Positions 58,601 through 64,000 of a DNA stretch of 64,000 nt are shown piece by piece. The position numbers were made by a program, and so were the translations under genes. Under the pieces are notes generated by a model, which did no database searches, was not told the DNA's origin, and saw nothing but the letters and a program-made list of their open reading frames with translations. Source of the stretch: an uncultured Chloroflexia bacterium (GTDB lineage Bacteria > Chloroflexota > Anaerolineae > Anaerolineales > UBA4823); the NCBI GenBank assembly GCA_963726315.1, contig CAVSBZ010000005.1, forward strand, positions 1,666,829-1,730,828, in the 5' to 3' direction. How positions within the stretch are numbered: the first letter of the stretch is position 1; every line of letters starts with the position of its first letter.

Positions 58601-61050
58601 TAGTCATCGCCTGTCCAGTACCATGATTTAAGACCAGGTGCAGCGCCTGTTACAACATCAAAGCAGTAGTAGGCGACGCAGTGATCGACTGTTGATTGGT
58701 AGCGAGCATGGTTGATATTGACTTCATACGGACTGGTCTGGAATGACCAGCTAAATGGACCCCAGCTTCCACTATCACAGACTGGCGTCCCTTGAACGTA
58801 GGCATTTAATACCTGCCAATTTGCCGGGAATCTCTCAAACACGTTATATACATAGGCATAATCCGGCGTCCAAGATTTTGCTTTAAAGCAGAATGTTTGA
58901 TCTTCTCCAGGTATAGTGCAGGTATCACCACCCACAGATGGATCAAATGCTACGTAAGAACCGGTCAAGGAATTGACGTTTCCACCACTCACCTGACCAG
59001 ACCCAGCTAAAGTTCCGTCCCACAAGACTGAGTTTGAACCTGCATCGTAACTGCATTCTCCGCTATCGCAGGTTAAACTTCCGGGTACAAAGGTTGTTCC
59101 AACTGGGATCGCATCAACCATAGATGCAAGCACTTCATCTTCTGAAGTATTATTGATCGTGATGGAGTAATCGATTGGGTCTTCAGGGAGCACCGCGGGA
59201 GTTGCACTTTTTTCAACCGCAAGTGGTCCGGAGCAAAGTGGACAGAACACCGAAAGTTCGACATAATCTGGTGTGATGATGCCGTAACCATCAATGGATA
59301 ACAAACCTTGAGGAACCGATGCAACGATATTGTCCAAGCGTCTGTTATTCACATCCGGCATAGGTGTCCAAACCCAGTTTACGCCATCAAACGAGCCTTG
59401 GATTACGCCTGTCGTACCAGTGAAGGTACCATCAGAACCTGCGACCTGATAGAACGCTCCATTATAGAAATCACCCTCAACTCGATAGCGAGCGAGACCG
59501 GTGTTTCCTGCGGAGTGCCAGGCGTTGTCGGCATCATCAAAATAGTAGACAGCATCGCCGATCATGCTACCAGATTGGGCACCAGCAACGAACCAGAACT
59601 GGTCTCCAGTGGCTGCATGGAGGACGCCATCAGCGGATCCCCAGTCGTCGATTGGGTATGTTCCGATGGTGGCATTTTCCGCTGCCCAGGTGCCAGTGCC
59701 GAGGTTGTAGCATTGGGTGGAGACTAGCCCAGAACCATTATTACCACCACCAATGCACAAGTACTTGGTTCCGTCGACTACACCGATATATGAATCATGG
59801 AAGTCGCGGACACTGGCGAAACTTGTTAATTGGGTAAAGGAGTTGGCGATCGGGTCATATGCCCAGGTTTCATTGTAAGTGCCTGCACCAGGGGTGTTTG
59901 CACCACCGGTCATATAGCACATATTGGTCTCAGGATCATATGCCCAATCAGGTGCCCAGCGGTCGGGTGGAGTATTTGCAGCCGCCGGCTGGAACCAGGT
60001 ATTGGTAGTAATGTTATAGCCCCAGAAACCAATCGGGCCGGTACCACTGGTGTCACCGATTTCGTAGCTTATCCACTCCCCAGCATTATTATGAGCGGTA
60101 CATCCATCCGATGGATAGCCAGTGCCGCCCCAAGCAGGTGAAGAGGCAGGGATTTCCTCCCATGTCGGTACATCGATGATATCCTTGGTAATTGTCGACT
60201 GGTCGCTATAGCCGTTTCCTTCGGCATCGATCGTGGCAACGATCTGGTCGAAGTTGCAGACGTTCGGTGTTAGGGTTACGTTGAACGCCACAGTTTCGCC
60301 ATACGCAGCCGCTATCTGGGCAGGACCTTCTAGCGTCGCCATTCCTGGAGGCGCAGCGTAGGCCATGTCGAAGATACCGTCAGTGCCGGTGTTATTGAAC
60401 AGGGAGAAAGTATGCTCCTGGGGAAGGCCATTGCAACCTGAAGCCTGTAAGTTTTCAGGGAACAAGTATAAACCAGGCGCTTCACATAAAGCAAACGCGG
60501 ATCCGCTGCTCGAGTGGGGCGGTGCGCCATAGGTATCGCCGAAGTAATTCCAAGGCAAATCCCATGATGCAGTGCACCCGGCGGGGACGGTTACATTAGC
60601 ACAGAAGTTAAGATCCGCAACTGGGCTCCAGTCACCGCATCCGGTGGGCATCCCATTCGTGTACCAGTAAACCACGTTTCCAGGATTGACGCCATAGGTG
60701 TGGCCAAAACCACAACCGGTACCAGGGACATCGGTTACAGAGTTAACCGTCCAGTCATCCGGAAGGTTAAAATCAAACCCATCCATGTATTCGGCATCAG
60801 GTGAATCGATATGTACGTTGAAACATAGGTCGACTGTGCCACCTGCAGGAGAGAAGGAGTCAGGATCAATAAAGTTTACGCCAAAATCGGCAACATTTTG
60901 GATCCCTCCTCCAGTTGGAGATACTCCTGTAGTAGCCACTTGCTGTGGTGGATTCGGCTTTTGTGCGCTGTCTGCAGCTAATGCCATACCCACCAATGCC
61001 AGTGATAACAAAATAACGCCCACCAGCATCATTAAACGAGTTTTATTCAT
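55687..61050 (-). CDS. Giant secreted modular surface protein (signal peptide, Cys-rich repeated domain, Kelch-like propeller, DUF11-like domains, split Ig-like domains)
   Basis: 1787 aa. Signal peptide MNKTRLMMLVGVILLSLALVGMALA/AD, with an AGGAGG RBS. Four ~50-aa-spaced xxGGxxxG blades (aa ~378-542). DUF11-like segments at aa ~610-690 and ~1660-1775 (LSVVKTA...TYTLVISNAG...NTAEVSS). Internal repeats are described in the findings. Confidence 0.8.
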   Translation of the reverse strand: MNKTRLMMLVGVILLSLALVGMALAADSAQKPNPPQQVATTGVSPTGGGIQNVADFGVNFIDPDSFSPAGGTVDLCFNVHIDSPDAEYMDGFDFNLPDDWTVNSVTDVPGTGCGFGHTYGVNPGNVVYWYTNGMPTGCGDWSPVADLNFCANVTVPAGCTASWDLPWNYFGDTYGAPPHSSSGSAFALCEAPGLYLFPENLQASGCNGLPQEHTFSLFNNTGTDGIFDMAYAAPPGMATLEGPAQIAAAYGETVAFNVTLTPNVCNFDQIVATIDAEGNGYSDQSTITKDIIDVPTWEEIPASSPAWGGTGYPSDGCTAHNNAGEWISYEIGDTSGTGPIGFWGYNITTNTWFQPAAANTPPDRWAPDWAYDPETNMCYMTGGANTPGAGTYNETWAYDPIANSFTQLTSFASVRDFHDSYIGVVDGTKYLCIGGGNNGSGLVSTQCYNLGTGTWAAENATIGTYPIDDWGSADGVLHAATGDQFWFVAGAQSGSMIGDAVYYFDDADNAWHSAGNTGLARYRVEGDFYNGAFYQVAGSDGTFTGTTGVIQGSFDGVNWVWTPMPDVNNRRLDNIVASVPQGLLSIDGYGIITPDYVELSVFCPLCSGPLAVEKSATPAVLPEDPIDYSITINNTSEDEVLASMVDAIPVGTTFVPGSLTCDSGECSYDAGSNSVLWDGTLAGSGQVSGGNVNSLTGSYVAFDPSVGGDTCTIPGEDQTFCFKAKSWTPDYAYVYNVFERFPANWQVLNAYVQGTPVCDSGSWGPFSWSFQTSPYEVNINHARYQSTVDHCVAYYCFDVVTGAAPGLKSWYWTGDDYGSPPDHPCSSDVYTPAGYDACDQSINPQASIPSCGPTSAVTINFQATSGLECPVVVSNTAVVSSEGNPDVFATADTNVYCSFAPDIVVSPLSLLAEQPPDTITTQQLQICNEGPSQLDWSLTEVPGMKVTSVTPAPSSKQAAAINKPANVTRDPAITRTPTAPTADILLNQVPNQVNGIFVDTTCALCPTGMQSVADNFTFEADGVIEQVIFWSGYYPSDTEMNPDTFRVLFHEDLGGLPGAVVYDENNVAYTRFETGVMLFGVHEWQHTLTFATPVNLPAGIYWIEIFNTAAPDDFFWETGNVDTEGRGGFDSVWAEETPGVIWNFPDGYEQSLQLLGTIGVSEGIPWLDEAPEAGSVAPFSCTFVDVSFNSAGLIPGLYTGELDVNSNDPDTPVVPVDVALNVLESPDIAVDPTSLTADLPPDQQQSQDLNVCNVGQSPLDWTLTEALGMKVNSVTTIPAGAKPSHPVTLALDANGIAGPTGPAPKAPNGDVALVLDDGSRDNDIGIGGLQEFIWVNRFTPNASDFPFQINEVWIYFSAQGLVNVGDDIKIVFYENTVGGFDPAPGSNYLGGYLTTVQALDTWNVYTLPAPVGFSGPTGDAIIGVIGLEVPGSSYWPASIDQTVTQQRSWAGWWNVMPPPDPPLLPPDASWVLIDDYFPGNWMVRGYGVSGEDVLPWVSEAPTEGSVLPGDCAIVNVTFDSTGLGYGTYSGFLDIASNDPDEPIVAVPVTLNVVAPDISVTPDSLDMVLFPNEVDTLNFTIENLGGADLTWDATEGATWLSLLPTSGTLLPGESIDVVATFDSTGLLPDVYDADITIASNDPDTPEVLLPVTLTVNPLDSDLSVVKTANADVVSLGDTITYTLVISNAGGDDAIGVTLVDMLPELVTFVSASEGCTELDGVVTCDIGDLAMDESVTLTIVVTAVESGIAENTAEVSSGYVVDPDLTNNTSTVDTMILYNYYLPLVQKH
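56089..58350 (-). repeat. Protein-level repeat region inside the giant gene: three copies of one ~100-aa Ig-like domain, two of them split by ~210-aa insertions
   Basis: A-halves are at aa 901-950, 1226-1276 and 1555-1592 (DI.V.P.SL...CN.G...LDW.LTE). B-halves are at aa 1163-1222, 1494-1552 and 1597-1654 (PW..EAP..GSV.P..C..V.V.F.S.GL..G.Y.G.LD..SNDPD.P.V.VPV.LNV). Confidence 0.6.
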
Positions 61051-61379
61051 ATACTTTTGCCTCCTGAATTATTTAATAGAGTAAGAGCAATCGTAATTTT
61101 GAAAGGTTGAACGGGTGAAAGCGATAACGATTAATTATTAATGTCTCCTCCTTTCCAGATTAAATAACCCGGTCGGCAATTCCAATGACCCCCCAAGTAT
61201 GGGAATTGCTTTATTCATACTAAATTAATCAATCATCAAATAACAGCTGCTTTGCCAAGGCATTTAAAAAATACCATTATTAGGCATTAATGTCAAGTGA
61301 GAACGGCATGAATTTGTCATGAGATGCAAAATATTAATCATCTCAAGGTATGATTAATCAATTTTTATTTACTGATGAA

Positions 61380-62477
61380 TTAATGGGAATTTAATGTTTG
61401 ATTCTGTGCAGCTAGCTGCCCACAGCCTGCCTGGATGTCTATCCCTCGACGCAGACGGATGGTACAGGGAATTCCAGATTGTTCGAGAATGTTTTGAAAG
61501 GCGAGTGCATTTTGACGATTTGAAGCGTGCCCACCATATTTATGGGTCGGATTCAGGGGGATCATATTGACGTGGCACAAGATTGCCCCGCTGATTCGAA
61601 ATATTTTTAACCGCTGGGCAAGGAGGTGTGCCTGTTCTTCTGTGTCGTTCACGCCCTGGATGAGCGCCCATTCGAAGGATAACCGCCGGTGGGTTAGCTG
61701 TACATATTCCAGGCAGGCAGCTAAGAGTTGATCTAGTGGGTAGCGCTTATTTATCGGTAGAAGTTGAGAGCGCAGGTTATCGTCAGCTGCATGGAGCGAT
61801 ATTGCCAGGTTAATTTGAGAGTGCTCGCTGGTGAAACGGCGTATTCCAGGCACCAGACCTACCGTGGAGATGGTAAATCGACGCGTCCCCAGATTAAATC
61901 CTTGCGGATCGTTCAACCTGCGGATGGCCATCATCGTTGCATCATAATTATGAAACGGCTCACCCATACCCATCACTACGATGTTCGTCACCTGTTCAGT
62001 TTGCAATGCCAGCTGACGAGCATAATACAGCACCTGTTCAATGATCTCTCCGCTGGTTAGCTGGCGTTTGAAACCCATTTGACCGGTGGCACAGAAAACA
62101 CATCCCATGGCACATCCAGCTTGGGTGGATATGCATAAAGTACGCCGTTTCGCATAGCGCATTAATACCGCTTCGACCTGTCTGCCATCGCTGAGCGAAA
62201 ATAGGGTTTTAATTGTCTCTCCATCGGAAGATTCTAGCTTTTGTACTGCCTTCAGTACGCTGAATGTTGGGCGGTCACCATTTGGCAATTCGCCGGCATA
62301 AACATCAGAAAGTTTTTGGCGTAATTGTTTGGGAAGACTGGAAAAATCATCTGGTGAAGACCACAACCGCTGGTAAAGACCAGACCATATTTGGGCAGTT
62401 CGGTAAGAAGGCTCACCCCACAATTCTAGAAGTTCACCAAATTCATTTATAGATAAATCGTAGATGCTGGCAGACAT
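61380..62477 (-). CDS. rlmN: 23S rRNA/tRNA (adenine-C2)-methyltransferase RlmN (radical SAM)
   Basis: CISTQAGCAMGCVFCATGQ (CxxxCxxC), MGMGEP and a C-terminal GIDIQAGCGQL. Confidence 0.9.
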   Translation of the reverse strand: MSASIYDLSINEFGELLELWGEPSYRTAQIWSGLYQRLWSSPDDFSSLPKQLRQKLSDVYAGELPNGDRPTFSVLKAVQKLESSDGETIKTLFSLSDGRQVEAVLMRYAKRRTLCISTQAGCAMGCVFCATGQMGFKRQLTSGEIIEQVLYYARQLALQTEQVTNIVVMGMGEPFHNYDATMMAIRRLNDPQGFNLGTRRFTISTVGLVPGIRRFTSEHSQINLAISLHAADDNLRSQLLPINKRYPLDQLLAACLEYVQLTHRRLSFEWALIQGVNDTEEQAHLLAQRLKIFRISGAILCHVNMIPLNPTHKYGGHASNRQNALAFQNILEQSGIPCTIRLRRGIDIQAGCGQLAAQNQTLNSH

Positions 62478-62518
62478 TGGGACCTATTTATCCTTATATG
62501 GATGATAATCCCTTATGA

Positions 62519-63322
62519 TTAATTTTCCATGATACGCTGAATGACCTTACCAAGGTTATCTGCAACGATATCTGGCGAGGGTTGCCAGGCTGCTGCCTGA
62601 CCTGCATCGGTGACCCCCGAAAGAACCAGAGCTGTCCGACATCCAATCTGCTGGGCACCGCTAATATCTGTTTCAGGGCGATCGCCGACCACCAATGATT
62701 GTTCAGCGGTAAGATTTAGCCTTTCCAATGCCACCCGGTACATCAACGCCTCAGGTTTACCAACAATAATGGGTGAGACGTTACTAGCGGCGGTGAGTGC
62801 TGCCAGGATTGATCCCGCACCAGGCACCAGACCTTCCGGTGTTGGAAACGTAAGATCAGGGTTTGTGCCGATGAATGGCACTCCCGACCGAAGCAACAAT
62901 GTGGCTGTTTTTAGCTTTTCATAGGTCAGATTGCGGTCCATCCCTGCAATTACCGCTAATGCACCTGCATCCGACTGATAAAATCCTTTCTCATTGCAAG
63001 CATCCACGACGCCTTTCTCACCAAGTATATAAACCGGCCCTCCATTTGGGAATTTGTTGCATAAATAAGTAGTCACTGCAGTAGCAGAAGTGATAATCTG
63101 CCAGGGTTCAGCGTTTACTCCAAACGAAGATAGTAACTCGATGTATTGGCCGATTGACCGCGTGGCGTTATTGGTTGCAAATATGACCTTCCAACCTATT
63201 CGGTCGATTTCAGCAAAGATGGTGCTTAAATCACCGATGGGTTCAGACCCACGCCATAATACGCCATCCATATCCAGGATCAGCGCAGAAATGGATTGCT
63301 TTGTAATTGTAGAGATCGTCAA
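62519..63322 (-). CDS. HAD-IIA family hydrolase (NagD-like)
   Basis: LILDMDGVLW (DxDG nucleophile motif), ATNNATRS, GKP, VGDRPETDI. Confidence 0.8.
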   Translation of the reverse strand: MTISTITKQSISALILDMDGVLWRGSEPIGDLSTIFAEIDRIGWKVIFATNNATRSIGQYIELLSSFGVNAEPWQIITSATAVTTYLCNKFPNGGPVYILGEKGVVDACNEKGFYQSDAGALAVIAGMDRNLTYEKLKTATLLLRSGVPFIGTNPDLTFPTPEGLVPGAGSILAALTAASNVSPIIVGKPEALMYRVALERLNLTAEQSLVVGDRPETDISGAQQIGCRTALVLSGVTDAGQAAAWQPSPDIVADNLGKVIQRIMEN

Positions 63323-63464
63323 TTAGTCAATAACCTGTTCTACGATGAGTAAATAATGAAATAGAGTGTACCCGGATAGCTGGTGAAGATTTAATCACTT
63401 TTCCAGGTACACCCTTTTCTTTAATTATTATCGCCCGGATTGTAAGTAATTAGCCGTAATCCGA

Positions 63465-64000
63465 TTACTTAACTTTCCCATCTTTTTCGGGAGGTGACTC
63501 GAGTACTTTATCCACTATGCCGTAATCTACAGCGCCCTTGGCGTCCATGTAAAAATTCCGATCGGTATCCTTCTCGATCGTTTCCGCAGTTTGACCGGTG
63601 TGGAAAGCCAGGATTTGATTTAAACGGGTTTTCAAGCGCAGGATTTCACGGGCTTCGATCTCGATATCGGTCGCCTGACCTTGCACACCACCCAAAGGTT
63701 GGTGAATATGGATGGTGGCATGTGGCAGCGCATAACGCTGACCTTTCGTGCCGGCAGTTAGCAGGACGGTGCCAAAGGAGGCAGTTACTCCCACTGCAAC
63801 AGTGCTGATCGGGTTGGTGATCATCTGCATGGTGTCATATATGGCCAATCCAGCATAAACTTGCCCGCCAGGTGAGTTGATATACATCGAGATAGGTGCT
63901 TCGCGGTCTTCCTGGTTCAGGAATAATAGCTGTGCAACGGTCAGATTTGCGATCTGGTCGTTGATCGGTGTGCCCAGGAACACAATTCGGTTCTTGAGCA
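63465..64000 (-). CDS. clpP: ATP-dependent Clp protease proteolytic subunit ClpP (5' partial, runs off window edge)
   Basis: The frame is open to nt 64000 (..LKNRIVFLGTPINDQIAN). YINSPGG, and the catalytic-Ser region TASFGTVLL (canonical ClpP is usually ASMG). HQP. Confidence 0.9.
   Translation of the reverse strand, partial: LKNRIVFLGTPINDQIANLTVAQLLFLNQEDREAPISMYINSPGGQVYAGLAIYDTMQMITNPISTVAVGVTASFGTVLLTAGTKGQRYALPHATIHIHQPLGGVQGQATDIEIEAREILRLKTRLNQILAFHTGQTAETIEKDTDRNFYMDAKGAVDYGIVDKVLESPPEKDGKVK

Noticed and set aside
55748-61084. Plus-strand ORFs antisense to the giant surface-protein gene (e.g. 59308-59727, 59830-60141, 60698-61084)
   Set aside because: These are antisense shadows of a long, compositionally biased gene. 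They show no start-site signals or recognisable motifs.

Overview
This is a chromosomal segment with about 60 genes, most of them housekeeping. The protein families suggest a Chloroflexota (Anaerolineae-like) bacterium, but that is inference only and no search was run.

Gene order:
- pstC(partial)-pstA-pstB-ppk1; degV; an M42 peptidase
- an F1-only ATP synthase cluster (atpA-G-D-C) followed directly by a frame-disrupted mreB
- rex; obg-nadD; an alpha/beta hydrolase; tRNA-Pro(GGG)
- a TetR-headed beta-oxidation operon (MBL hydrolase, two acyl-CoA dehydrogenases, fadN-like, thiolase, SCP2)
- tatA; a decayed GH38 mannosidase relic; proS
- a radical SAM/SPASM protein; a 2-hydroxyacid dehydrogenase; an L,D-transpeptidase
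- a CcdA-like protein whose helices appear circularly permuted; a frame-disrupted glutaredoxin-like/DUF2085 fusion
- pgeF-yggS-yggT
- a coiled-coil zinc-ribbon gene plus a membrane-anchored NACHT/HEAT NTPase
- a phasin-like/PhaR-like pair; a Ddl-like ATP-grasp protein; a nitroreductase; an FmdB zinc ribbon; a nucleosidase-family protein; a polyprenol kinase-like protein; smpB
- a surface-glycan locus (two GT4 genes and wbpI/E/D/B-like genes for a 2,3-diacetamido uronic acid, a 1096-aa Wzy_C/TPR membrane protein, and a WecA-like initiating transferase with an extra C-terminal module)
- convergent on that locus, a 1787-aa secreted modular protein
- rlmN; a HAD-IIA hydrolase; clpP(partial)

I saw no rRNA, CRISPR array, transposase, integrase or prophage genes.

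Most noteworthy:
1. The permuted CcdA and its thiol-redox neighbours.
2. The giant surface protein with nested domain insertions, next to the glycan and O-antigen-ligase-like genes.
3. A strong terminator hairpin abutting the proS start, which implies attenuation.
4. The TM-NACHT-HEAT gene pair.
5. A roughly 55-aa insertion in AtpA.
6. A paired acyl-CoA dehydrogenase arrangement in which one member lacks the usual catalytic Glu.
7. Two conserved genes that each need a +1 frame correction.

All functional calls come from reading motifs by eye, with no database search.
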